The notes below the pieces were generated by a model that saw only the letters and a list, made by a program, of their open reading frames with translations, was not told where the DNA came from and made no database searches. From Ministeria vibrans ATCC 50519 (taxonomy: Eukaryota; Protista; Filasterea), in the NCBI GenBank assembly GCA_943704425.1, contig CALSCP010000382.1, positions 1-64,000 on the forward strand: a stretch of DNA of 64,000 nucleotides, written 5' to 3'. Made by a program: the position numbers and the translations under genes. Positions 26,631-38,864 of this stretch are shown piece after piece (within the stretch, counting starts at the first letter, position 1; every line of letters starts with the position of its first letter).

Positions 26631-28081
26631 ATGGACAGTGAACGAGACGACTTTCCGTCGTCATCGTCAGCGTCGGCGAGGTTATTAGAGCCGGACGGAG
26701 CGGGCGAGGAAATCTCCTGCTGCTCACGGCACTGCATTTGCGTCGAAACTCCTGTAAGATGCGTTGGCGGTCGTCTTGCGGACCCTCGGCATACCGTGTA
26801 TGCACAGTGTGGTTGGTTGACAGTGTTCCCGTGGCTCTGCGACTGCCACGACAGTGCAAAAATCGCATTTTTTTTTTCTCGGGCAACACAAAACTGATGT
26901 TTCGTTGGTCACGCAGGGAATCCAACGACGGCACGGCGCGTCCATCGACCACGCCATGGTGGTGATCTTTCTTGAGTTCTTCTCCATTGGTCTGCTCATG
27001 ACCATCATGCCCAACGTGCTGCACATCTTCTTCAAGGACAATGTGTTTCTTGTGAATGGCGTCGCGCAGGGCATCAAGGGCTTCCTGTCCTTTCTCTGCT
27101 CGCCTCTCATTGGAGTTCTTGCAGACGTGTATGGACGCAAGTGGTTTCTCTTTTTGACCGTCCTCTTCACCACGGCACCCGTTGCACTCCTCTTCGTCTC
27201 CAACCTGTGGCTCTACACGTTTGCTCTCGCTATCTCCGGCATCTTTTCCGTCACCTTCTCCGTTGTCTTTGCCTATGCTGCCGACATTACGAACGACACT
27301 GAGAGAAGTGTTGCCTACGGAAAGGTGAAGAGGCGCACTATTTTTGTTGGGTGCATGCTGCATGGCCATCTCTGTTTGCGTCTTTGTTTGTGAATGTGTG
27401 TCTTTGGTATGTGTGTATACTTATTATCATATTATGACGTAGTATATACGCTCTTGATTCTCTATTTAATTTCTTGTTAATATAATTATATATATATATG
27501 TGCGTGTGTATTCGTCATTGTTCTGGCTTTTGGACTGAAAAACTTCCCACGTCCGTGGAATAGGTCACCGCCATGTTTGCTGCATCGCTCATTACAAGCC
27601 CGGCTATTGGCTACTTTGTCACGGAGTTCTATGGCACATCGGCAACCTTTGCGCTGAGCTGCGCCATTGCCCTGCTGGACTTGCTCTACATTGTGCTTGT
27701 GGTGCCCGAGTCGTTGCCCGAGCGACTGCGCTCCCGCTCGGTCTCTTGGAAGCAGACGGATCCCTTTGCCTTCTTGCGCACCACCATGCGGAACAAGGTG
27801 CTTGTCCGTCTCGCCCTTATGGTGTTTCTAAGGTATCCATCGTCCTCGTTTTCCTTTGTCTCTTGCTCTCTTTAGCTCATTCTCACTTCTCTCTCTCTCT
27901 CTATCACTTTGTTTCTTTCTCCTCTCTCTCTCTCTATCACTTTGTTTCTTTCTCCTCTCTCTATCACTTTGTTTCTTTCTCCATTCTCTCTCTCTCTCTC
28001 TCTATCACTTTGTTTCTTTCTCCTTTCTCTCTCTCTATCCCTTTGTTTCTTTCTCCTCTCTCTCTCTCTATCACTTTGTTT

Positions 28082-28123
<42 letters not shown>

Positions 28124-29007
28124 NNNNNNNCTTTTTTTTTTTTTTCAGCTACCTTCCGGAAGCAGGCGAGACACTGATGATCTTGCAGTACCTTGAAGCG
28201 CGTCTCGGGTTCACACCGTCGCAACTGGCCGTGTACATTGCACTGATGGGTGTGCTGAGCATCTTCTCGCAGACGTGGCTGCTGTCGCGCCTATTGCGAC
28301 GTCTGGGCGACCTTCATGTGATCCGCATTGGTCTTGCGCTCGGGTGCATTCAGATGTTTCTCTTTAGCGTCGTGTCGCATCCCTGGATGTCATACTTTTC
28401 AGGATGCATTGCGGCCTTGGCGACACTCACCTACCCGGCTATCAGTGCGCTCATTTCCAAGCTGTCGAATGCAGACCAGCAGGGTGCGTCGCTAGGCATG
28501 GTCACGGGCATCCGCATGCTCTGCAACGGGATGGGGCCTGCCCTCTTTGGCGTACTCTTTCAGGCCGTCGGCTTCCAGATGGGCGACGGCAGCACCGACG
28601 CCAACGGCGGTGTTGCCTCTGACACAACCTTGTCTTCCTCTGCCGCTGTCACTGTTCTTGCTCCCATCGTCACCACCGCTTTTGCCAATCTTACCGACAT
28701 CGCAAGCTCACCATCGGCCGTTGCCGACACTCGACACGTCTCCGCCTTGGCCGGCCTCCCATTTTTCGTGGGCGGCCTCCTTACCCTGGCGGCCTTCCTC
28801 ACCACCCTCACCATCAAAGACTCAGATCTGCGTCACGGCCTTAGCGCTGCCGCTGATGCCTCACATCACAACCACCACCACCACAACCGCCGTCACAGCG
28901 AAGACGACGCGACCCACACCATCACGTCCGCTGATCTTGTCGTCCACACCTCGCTGCCCCACTCGCCACTCATCGTGTCCTCTACATCCGCCTCCAAGGA
29001 TGAGTGA
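26631..29007 (+). CDS. MFSD14: MFS transporter HIAT1/MFSD14-like, multi-exon (N-gap inside an intron)
   Basis: HAMVVIFLEFFSIGLL, NGVAQGIKGFLSFLCSPLIGVLADVYGRK, SVTFSVVFAYAAD, VPESLP, SYLPEAG, TYPAISAL, QQGASLGMVTGIRMLCNGMGPALFG. Confidence 0.92.
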
Positions 29008-29165
29008 CCGCACCAATAGTGCAGCTGTACACACTCCATTTTGTACATAACACAACAATAACAATAATTATTATGACTGTATCATATAAACTTAACAATT
29101 AATAATAATTGATATCACAAAATGAAATAATATACAAGGGTGTACTAACCATACTGAGGTTCGGT

Positions 29166-29232
<67 letters not shown>

Positions 29233-29241
29233 AACTCATGA

Positions 29242-29872
29242 TTACATACAATAAGGAAGGGTGGTCACAGCGTGCGCTTGTTGCTGTGGCGTTGGCAGTT
29301 GTCTTGCGAGCATAAAGGAGACTTCATCGACGTCTTCGTCTGATTGCTGCGTCGTCGGGGCCTCGTAGCCTCCGTCGCTCGTCATAGCCCGTCCATGCGA
29401 CTCCACAACTGGCACCGTCATAACGACGGGGAGCGCCTCCTGGAGCTTTTCCGTGGAGAACTTGTCAACCGCCATCCTTGAATGTTCGCCGTCCTTCTTC
29501 TCCTCGCCACGGTCCCCTCTCGTCGAATTCGCCGCTGCGGCCATCGCCACGCTACTGCCACTGCATGTTGTTGCCCACAGTGGCGTCGCACTCGCGTCTG
29601 CCTCGTCGTGGCGCCACAGTTGTGAGAATTTCACGTCGAGCTGTGTCATCGCAGCTTCTGTGACTCATCGCCTTGTCGAAACGGAGGCACTTGTTTTTCT
29701 TCTGGAGGAGCCGCAATNNNNNNNNNNCGAAAAAAAAAAAAAAAAAAGGCAGGAGGGAGCAAGGCCAGCGAGCGTAGAGGGAACAAGGAGTCGATGTGAT
29801 CTGATGTGGCGTGCGTAGAGTAGAGAGCTGCGGAGACGAAATAATTTTAATCGGAATTAGGTTATTACTCAT
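29242..29872 (-). CDS. Hypothetical gene fragment interrupted by N-gap (29718-29727)
   Basis: GC-rich open frame 29242..29649 with no recognisable motif; exon structure unresolved. Confidence 0.25.
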
Positions 29873-29907
29873 TTTTAATTGATCAGTTTTTCTTTTGGTG
29901 TCGTCGG

Positions 29908-31420
29908 ATGACGGACGTTGCCTACAACGCGGCGCTGGCGGCGTTAAAGGACGCTAATCACGTGATTATAGAATGCGGCGATAGAGTGGTAATCATAATG
30001 GACAAAAAATAACGGATAAAACCGAATATTTAATAATAATGGTGATAAAAAAAAATTAATAGGCATTGTTGTCGCGTTGGACTTGCACAACGAGACACAG
30101 CATTGGGATCACGACATTCTGCTCGGCTACGGGCCAGCCAACTGCGGCGGGCGTGCGAGCGACTCCCGCGGACGCCATTGCGGCCCTTGTGGCACTGTAC
30201 GGCAAAGTTCGCGACTCGATCGGCGCCGAGGCGGTCGTGGGCATCGCCAAGACGGGAGTCTGTGCGCGCCTCCTCATTGTCACCAGGGTACGCGGCTGGG
30301 CCAGCCACCCGCACACACGCATCTGTGCATGCACACGCATCGAGAGGGAGAGAGAGGGAGACGCAGTGTGTGTGTGCGTGTGTGTGTGTGTGTGTGTATG
30401 TGTGTGGATTGCACAAGAGAGAAACACCCCAATTTTGTTTGTCGCAACAAAACTCACCACGATTGCTTTGGCAGGTTCTTTCGACGGCCCACTGCGGGCG
30501 TCATGGCAGCGTACATCAAGTGTTGGACTCGGCGTGGATCCGCATTCCTCTGGTGCACGCCATCGTGGACGGAACAGAGGGACTGTGGACAGAGCTGCGT
30601 CAAACCAAACTGGGTGGTCGTTTCTTCTATGGCTCGGGTGACGTGGACGTCACCAGGGCGTACAGCGATGAGGGCATTGCGATGGGCATCACGCAACGTC
30701 TCAGGGCTGCCGGTCCGCATGCCGATGAATTTTGGTGGAATCAACGCCTGTCACAGCCTTTTGCTGTAGCCGGTCTCGCTCATCTTTGTTGTGTCCTTGT
30801 GGCCGGCACCGTTACTGCGCGCACCGTCACCGTTGATAATACCGTTCCCGTTTCAATGATGCTTCTGTGTCGTCGCAGTCGCGCCCGTCTCGGCGGCTGG
30901 CTCGTCGAGCGTGGTCTCGACGATAAACGCGCTGCAACCGCCAACGATCGTGAGTGTGAATTTCTCGCCTCCATTGCCTCTCCTCCACAACAGTCTAGTA
31001 GCACCACCAGCACCTCTTCTCCCTCCGAAGCCGATACCACATCGTCCAGTGCGCCCTGGGTGTCGTTTGTCTGGCGTTGCGCTGCGGCACCCGTGCCCTT
31101 TGTGTCCGCCACAGACTCGGCTCGGGTCGCGTCGCGTGTCCACTTTGCTGCCACACCCTCAGCGTCTGCCGAGTGCCCCGACCGTCAAACAGCCTATCTC
31201 CAACGCATTGCAGCGCACACCGATACACATCATTTGCTATGTGTCTCCTTTTTGGGCGGGGGTTCCGACAACGCGATCGACCACAACTGCGACAATGGCG
31301 TGCTCGAGGCACACGTTGAACGACAACTCGACTCGCTTTTTCGCGACTTGACCGACCGCTTTGGTGAGTCTTTTCGCCTGTGGAAGGCTGCACACCTGGT
31401 CCAGCAGCAGCAGCAGCAGC

Positions 31421-31468
<48 letters not shown>

Positions 31469-34400
31469 CGGGCGAGGGGGAGGGAAGGGAAGATGCGGTG
31501 AACGCGACACTGACACACGATTCGGCGCTCTCCTCCATGACGCCACCGTCGACTACGATCGACCGCGACAATGTTCTGTGGAAGGTTGCCGCGTCGCTCA
31601 TTGACACCGTTGGAATGTCGTCGTCGGGTACACGTCCAAGGGACTCAGAGAACCCCATAAGCCGGCGACAGTCGGCAAGTGTGCTGCTCACCTGTCTCAC
31701 TGGCTGTAGCGACGAGCTGCTTACCTTCAGTCGACATATCTCTATCCAGGTGGCTCTGCGCGCCTGTCAGCACCTGGTCGACACGTCTCACGCCTCACTC
31801 CAGTCACAGCCCTTGGCCACTGTTGGCTCGCCGTGCAACACTCCTTCTCCCGCTCCCACGACTGGCGTCGGTTCCCACGTCGAACAACTTGCCGCTCAGT
31901 TTGGCACGCGTGGCTGGTCTACAACTCACTGGTCTGCGTCGACCGTCGAACATGCTCGCACGCTCCTTCCCGACGGCGTTTGGCGCACTCTTGTCGACTT
32001 TGCCGTCACCAACCGTCAGCTGACGCGCGACTGGTACGGCGTTAGCGATATCAACAACAACAACAACAACACCGCTAACAACAACAGCACCGACAACAAG
32101 AACAACAACACGGCCATTGTGTGTCCCGTCGTGGGCCTCGATGGCTTCATTGGTAGTACTATTGAGGCACCGCTGAGGCCGTCGGCACTCAATAAATCGG
32201 CGTCGACCATGTCCGTCACCAACAGCGAGGTGTACTCGGTGGCACGCTTGGTTGCCGCACAGCAGCGACAGATGCACACACGGCTCGCATTAGTCGGTCC
32301 ATGGCGTGCTTTTTCGCTAGGCACGCAATCGGTCGTTGACACTGTTCTGCCCTTTAGCGTTGTCGACTATCGAGGTCCCTCGCTGCTTCTCATTGACGGT
32401 TCGCCTGCGCCCGTTCCCCCGCCCGTGACCCTGGGCGCCGACTGTCCTATGCTCGTCTGTGACGCCTCAGATCTCAATGGCACCACCCGTCCGAGCCATG
32501 ATACGAACGACAACGACGATTACTTTTGCAGCGACGACGATGATGTGAGCCGCGTCGAGTTCCTTCTTGCCGTCAACGAGCCCATGGCACACGTTGCGTC
32601 GGTGGGCCTGTGGATTCGCCACGGCGTCAGTCCCGAGACACCGCCTCGCCACATGCACATCCTTGCTGGGGTGTATCCCGACCGTGACAGCATGTCTTCC
32701 GTGTGGGCATCGGCTCCGTCACGCCCACTGCACTCGCGAACTCCGCTTGCCCCTGTGCAGCGGGCCGTCGACACGTCTTCTCAGCTGCCTTTTGCCGCCG
32801 ACGGCACTCTCTTGGTGTTTCCCGTGCGCCCTACCTGTGAACCCGTGGGCGTGCGCGACCTCGTGTGCGCCCCTCTTGTGGATGCTGTGCGCGATGTTGG
32901 CGAGTGTCTTCCAACGCGCTTTGTCCGTCTGGTGCTTTCCGGTTCGCCCGACATGACGCTCGGCGGTGTTCTCTTGATGGGCCAGCGGCCCTCGGCTCTC
33001 GAAATGGAGGCGACTCACGCGGCGCTTGCCCGTGCGTCGCACGCTCGCACCTCCTCTATTGTCGAACGCCTGGCACGCCTTGCACGTCCACTGACACCCA
33101 TTGCGTCGTCTGATGATGGCAGAAGGAGGGGACGGCAAGCGCAAGGCGTCAACACCGTGGATGACACCGCGAAGGTGAAAGATGAGGCTGATGTGGGGGG
33201 TGTCAAGTCTATCGCCAAGAGCGGTCGCAGCGGTAGCCGGAGCAAGCCATTGGCCAAGTACCGCGCTACCGTGGAACAGGCGATTGCCGATGGATCGGTG
33301 GGCACGTTCATTGGGACACTGCGTTTGGAGCGACGTCGCTGGGAACTGGGACTGTCGGGTCGCGAGCGCGACAGCATTGTGACCGCACTGGGTTTGCCGT
33401 CGTCCATTATGGATCCCAATTTGTTCGTGCAGCCCCACTTGCGCAACATCCTGCCGGATACAGTGCTCAGCGACAATCGTACGCGTGGCAACAGCATCAT
33501 CAATGGACTCGTGGTGCGTTTGTCGGGTACTGGTGGAAACGGCGCTGGTGGCAGTGGCAGTGGCGGCAACAAGGCTCAAGGTGGCTCATCGAATGTGTCC
33601 GTGTTGTCGTCGTCGTCGTCGTCGTCGTCCAGTGCTTCACAGCATCGCATCGACTTTTGCGGCCAATGCCGCACTCAGCTCACGCCCATTTCGCCAACGT
33701 GTGAGTTGTGCTGGCGTCGCTTTTGCGTGATGTGCATTTACCGCGAGGCCATTCGCGCTGCACAGTACCGCGGTGCGCCCCCCGTCCCGGTCTGCGTCAA
33801 GTGCCATTCGCAGGCAATTGGTGAGCGTGACGAAGTCGAAGTGTTGCGTTCCCTTGTGAGTGTTCATGCTGCTGAGGGTGTGCGAGTGCGTGCCGCCGCC
33901 GCCCAAGCGCATCACCTCTTTAACGCATCGCTCTGTCGTCGCTCGTTTGCCCACATTAGTGTGCCCGAGTCATCTTTGGGCTATTTTCCCGCCGCTCAGC
34001 TCCTCGACCGTTTGCCCAGCACACACGACAGTGCTCCACCCGAGTGCCTTCTGGCGGCGCCCGGTGTGCTTCCTCGTGGTGTTGTCTGGCACTCGGGCGT
34101 CAACTCGGTCACGGTGCGCATTCGTCTGGCACGTCCCGCTCGTCTCGAGCACCTTCAAGTGCTCTTGACCCAGTCCAACTCCCTTGCGTCGTGCGTCGTT
34201 TCGGGAGGCATGCTTCTCGGCGAACTTGCACCCCTTGCGGAATTCTCGCCTGTGGTGCCAAAGGGACGGCTAGTCACACTGCCCGTCTCGGCCGACGTTC
34301 ACCTTGTCGCCCTAACCCTCACTGCGCCCGCCACCAAGACCGTCTCGGTGGCACGCATCGCCGTGCGAGGCACACCATTGCCCCATGTGCTCACGCAGTG

Positions 34401-34990
34401 GGGTGCACCCTTGCTATTTGCCGAGCAGCGCCGACGAGTGCGCGCCGACAGTGCGGCGAGTGACAGCAGCGTGGGCGACGGCCGCGCCATTGCCGCCCTC
34501 GCCTCCGCCTCGTCCTCGCGTGCCCCGACGCCCCTCAAAGCAAACCTGTCTCGTGATGGAAATCGTCGTCTCCACTTTGCTCTTGACCCTCCTGCCACCG
34601 TCTCCGGTGTCTGTGTGCTCCCGCGTCGTCGTGCTCACTCCAACCCGGCCACGCAGGTAAAAAAAACATGACCGTCGTGTTTTCTATTCACTCATCTTTT
34701 TTTTAATATTGATTGTTGATCATTTTCAGGCGCACAAGTTTCACGTGTACGTGATGCATGCACTACCCGGGCACCTTGGGGTGCAGCAGCAACCGAAGTT
34801 GCACGCCGAGCACGTTGTACCGCTGGCAAGTGCCGTCCTGCGACCCACCGACGACAGCCCTGCACCCCCACCCCTTTACTACGAGCTTCCTCGGGGGCCC
34901 CTCGCCTCCGTCAGCGGCGTCACCCTGCTCTGTCTTGATGCGCACGGCGCTGCAGATGCCGATGTTGTCTTTGACGCTTCCCTCTATTAA
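29908..34990 (+). CDS. SAC9-like phosphoinositide phosphatase homologue, apparently catalytically dead, with FYVE-like Zn finger
   Basis: SAC motifs EFWWNQRLSQPF, LLCRRSRARLGG..ERGLDD, ANDRECEF, WVSFVWR; SAC9-type blocks VEFLLAVNEPMAHV...IRHG, LPFAADGTLLVFPV, LRLERRRWELGLSGRERDSIVTALG...DPN; CxxC-rich finger at about 33655-33805; poly-Q at 31402-31467. Confidence 0.7.
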
Positions 34991-35080
34991 TCCTAATAAT
35001 CATTCTTATTTTTATTATTATTATACTCTTTATTAATTTTGTAGTGTACATACAGAATCCTATACAATAAATTAAAACAA

Positions 35081-35941
35081 TCACCATGTTGGTCTTCTAC
35101 AGGGGGCACAGAGCACCCGTCTCGTTCTCGTATGCGTTGCCCGTGATAATCAGCTGTATGTTAGACGGGAAAGAAACGGAGGAAGAGTACAGAAAAAGAA
35201 AAGAAAAAAAGGTGAGTGAAAGGTGAGTTAAGGACAATTCTCATTCGCGTACCTCCTCCACTGCGGCGGTCCCCAGGGGGCCGACAAATTCAGGCGGGAG
35301 CTCACTGCGGTGCACTCCCGCGCTATGCTCTCTGAGGTGCGCCAACAAATCCATGGCCGTGTCCGACGGCTTTTGGAGGTAGGCTTGGGAAAAGGCACTC
35401 GCAGTCTGTGTTGTTTCCGTCTGGGTGGCAGTGGGCGAGCCAGCAGGGCATTCAGCGTCGGGTCCGGACGGCGGCTCGCGCGCAATGCTGAAATACACTC
35501 GTTCGTGGTCCACTTGCTCGACGAAATGAAGGGGTTCGGTCACTGTGCTCGACGCAGCCAAAGAGCAAGAGAGGGGTTGAAGAGGAACGAACGACGAGAG
35601 AGGTTTTGCCGTCTTGTCTTACTTGCGTCGTTTTCGTACACCCAGCCGTTTCCGCGAATGTATGTTTGCGTTGGAGTGTTGTCTGGCGACGACGTGGCCA
35701 TGCGCTCGCCGACCACGGAGACGTACGTGCCCACAGCGGGGCAGGTGATGTCGAATTCGTGTGCAAAGCGTGTCGAAATGGTCGCCGTGCCATCGTCAAT
35801 GACGACGTCCGTGTCGCCGTCTGCCGTGTCCACCGACTGCACGACCACACCGACAAGTCGCACCAGGGTGAAGCAGCGAGGCGGGTTCCCATACAGGCTG
35901 TCAATACTTCGTATGTGGATGAATCGGTGGATTGAGTCCAT
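35081..35941 (-). CDS. OB-fold ssDNA-binding protein, STN1/RPA2 family, three exons
   Basis: VRLVGVVV...VVIDDGTATI...VGTYVSVVG OB fold; EPLHFVEQVDHERVYF helix; short winged-helix-like tail (GVHRSEL...EELIITGNAY). Confidence 0.55.
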
Positions 35942-36078
35942 CAAGAAAGAACGGAAACTGTGTGGAAGTTGAAACACATTGCGATCATTCGTATCGAAGT
36001 TTCACCAACAAATTACCACAAATTTCCAATTTCAATTTATTTCTACTCTACTCGGAAGAAACATCCGCTCGGGTTGTT

Positions 36079-37265
36079 ATGGCAACAATGGAGAAAGGAC
36101 GCAGACGAAAGGAGAGTCGGAGTCGCGAAAACATTCCGGCGCCAGTTTTGAAACGCCATCGACACAAAGACAAGTTGATTGTGCCGCCGTCACACGAGAA
36201 CTACACGGTGCGTCTGCACGACGACGTTCTCCTGATGATATTTCAACTACTGGATGTCAGCGAGCGTCTGTGCGCATCGTCCGTGTGTCGCCGTTGGCAC
36301 TCTCTCGTTGCAAGCCACGCCGCCTGGCACACCCTCGCTTTGTCGCGCTTTCCCGCCGCTCTTGTGCGAGGCACTCACGTCTCGCTTCCGCCGATCATTC
36401 GACCACACGTTGCGTGCGTTCGCAAGATTGTCGTGAGGTCCAAGGGGGTGGCGGTACGAGCGAACGTCGAGGAGAACTGCAAAGTGTGGCTCGCCCGAAC
36501 ATTTCCCAATCTACACACTCTTCACATGGACGTCGCCACCTCACGCCTCCACATCAGTGCACAGTGGCGGTCCACTCTCACTGACCTGTCGCTTTCTCCG
36601 TCGCTGTCCACACACACGCCTGTTCTCGACTGCAGTCGCATAGGGCAGCTGACACATTTGAAATGTCTCTGTTTCAAACGTCTCCAAACAACCTTGGAGT
36701 GGTCTCGACCGCCCTTTTCGTTCTCGGGCGACCTCTCCGTGCTGGCTCAACTTACTCTCTTGCGTCACTTCCACGCCGAATGCTGGCCCGCGGACGAGGT
36801 GGCTCCCTTACTCGCACACCTCTCGCCGCTACTCCGTTCCCTTCATCTCTCCTCATCAGCCACCTTCGACACCACCGCACTTTTCGATCTTCTCTCGCGC
36901 TTCACCGCACTTCGCAGTCTCGTTCTCGACCTTGTCTTGACCGGAGACGCCGACCTTCTCGCGTGCATGCGTCGTCTCTTGCAAGCACTCCCAAAGTATG
37001 TCGTGTGACTCTACACAAGGAGCCCACTCACACGCTGTGTTTTGTTTCTTGTTCTTCTGTATACAGTCTCCAATCACTGACGATCGCGATAGTACCAGTG
37101 CGACTCCTTCCCGACGTGTCGGCGTCCAGCGTGCAGACACACGCGGCCCTTGCGCGCGCCACCATTGTTGTTTGTGACCCCGACAACGCTCCCACCACCC
37201 CCCAGCGCATTGCCTTGCTCTTCCCTCCCTCCACCTCAATCGCCCACAGCATTTTGCATACGTAA
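36079..37265 (+). CDS. F-box/leucine-rich repeat protein
   Basis: F-box LHDDVLLMIFQLLDVSERLCASSVCRRW followed by LxxLxL repeats; one intron. Confidence 0.85.
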
Positions 37266-37290
37266 CCAATGCATACACTCTTATTTGTAC

Positions 37291-37338
<48 letters not shown>

Positions 37339-37347
37339 ACATAATGG

Positions 37348-38601
37348 TTACTTATTCCGCGTGAGGATGTCTCGCGTAAGCAGAACGAGTGCGTCGCGCT
37401 CGGGGCCCTCCGGCAGAGGCTCAAGCGCCGCACACGCACGTGCTGCATAGTCAGCTGCAAGAGCCCGAGTGCGCTCCAGTCCACTGCTCTCCAGCACATA
37501 CTGTCGTGCCTACACACAATCCCCCTCCCCCAACCATTAGTCATTAAATAGATATATCAAAGCACATGTGCGTACGAGCTCGACATCGCCGTCACCCTGG
37601 AAGCGGCGTACGATGAGCTGATGGAGGGCGTCGTGGTCAACACTTGCGTAGAGAACGGGCGCCGTGGCGAGCCCCAGCTTAAGGTCCGCCGCCACAGGCT
37701 TGCCCATGTCTTCGGCGGATGCAACAAAGTCAAGCAGATCGTCGACCAGCTGGAAGGCAATGCCTGCGTTGCGCCCATACTCAAAGGCAGCGTCGTGAAC
37801 GTGCGTCGCGTCGGTTGCCAGCACCGCCACCGCACGGCACGAGCACGCAATCAGCGACGCTGTTTTTTTGTACGTTTTCACGAGGTACCGCTCAAAGCGT
37901 TCCCCGGGCTCTAGTGACGTCTGCAGCTGCATGAACTCGCCACACACGAGCTCGTCCAGCACCTGACTCAGGATCTCAATCACGCGAACGTTGCCGAGTC
38001 GCGCTAGCTCGAGCGACGCCTTGCCCAGGATAAAGTTGCCGGCCAGTACTGACTGACGCACGCCGTAGAGGGTGTTGACAGAGGGGGCGGCGCGGCGCGT
38101 GTCGGCCTCGTCGATGACGTCGTCGTGCACGAGCGACGCCGTGTGGATCATTTCGGCGACCATGGCGACAACGAACTGCGCCTCGGCCGGCGGGATGGAC
38201 GACGACTCGTACACGCTGCTGGCGTGTGGCACGCCGTCGGCGTGGACTAATGGCGAGGATTGGCGGCACAGAGCGCCCATGAGCAGGGCGATGAGAGGGC
38301 GCACTCGCTTGCCCTCCTGCAGCATGTACAACGCGGCGGCGTCGACAAGCGGAGAGTGTGTTGCGCCGTTGCACGCGAGGCGCGACGTCGCCTGTTCGCC
38401 AAGCGTCTTGAGCTGCGTGGTGACGGCGGCGCGGGCCTGGCGCGCTGCCTCGATTCGAGGCGGTGACAGCATGTACGACGGCAGCGCGACCGTCGCTGTG
38501 TCATGCGCCGCCGTCGACGCCCACCGTAATAATCGGCCTCGCTGTATTACCGCGTGTGGGCGTAGAGGGCTCCGCTGCAGCGCCCGTGTGAAGGTGATCA
38601 T
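37348..38601 (-). CDS. PDSS1: Polyprenyl (decaprenyl) diphosphate synthase subunit 1 / Coq1
   Basis: GKRVRP, EMIHTASLVHDDVIDEADTRR, KTYKKTASLIA, AFQLVDDLLD, DLKLGLATAPVL; Arg-rich N-terminal presequence-like segment; final exon ending ILTRNK*. Confidence 0.92.
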
Positions 38602-38864
38602 GGGGAGGAAGAGGGCGACGAACCAATGAAACAAAAAAAATGAATCACATCATATCAGATTTCAGAACGAGGAATGATTACGATAACACAAAAATAAAGG
38701 GTGTGCTTCTGGGCGTCTGGCGAGTGCCGACTGACTGGTTTGACTGTATTTCTTACAATCATTGCCTCCACTTTCCCTTTTACCAGCTCAACTTCGATCA
38801 TTTTTTTCAATTATTTTTTCAAATTTTTTTTCGTATTCTCAGATTTTGACACCTTTTTCGATTG

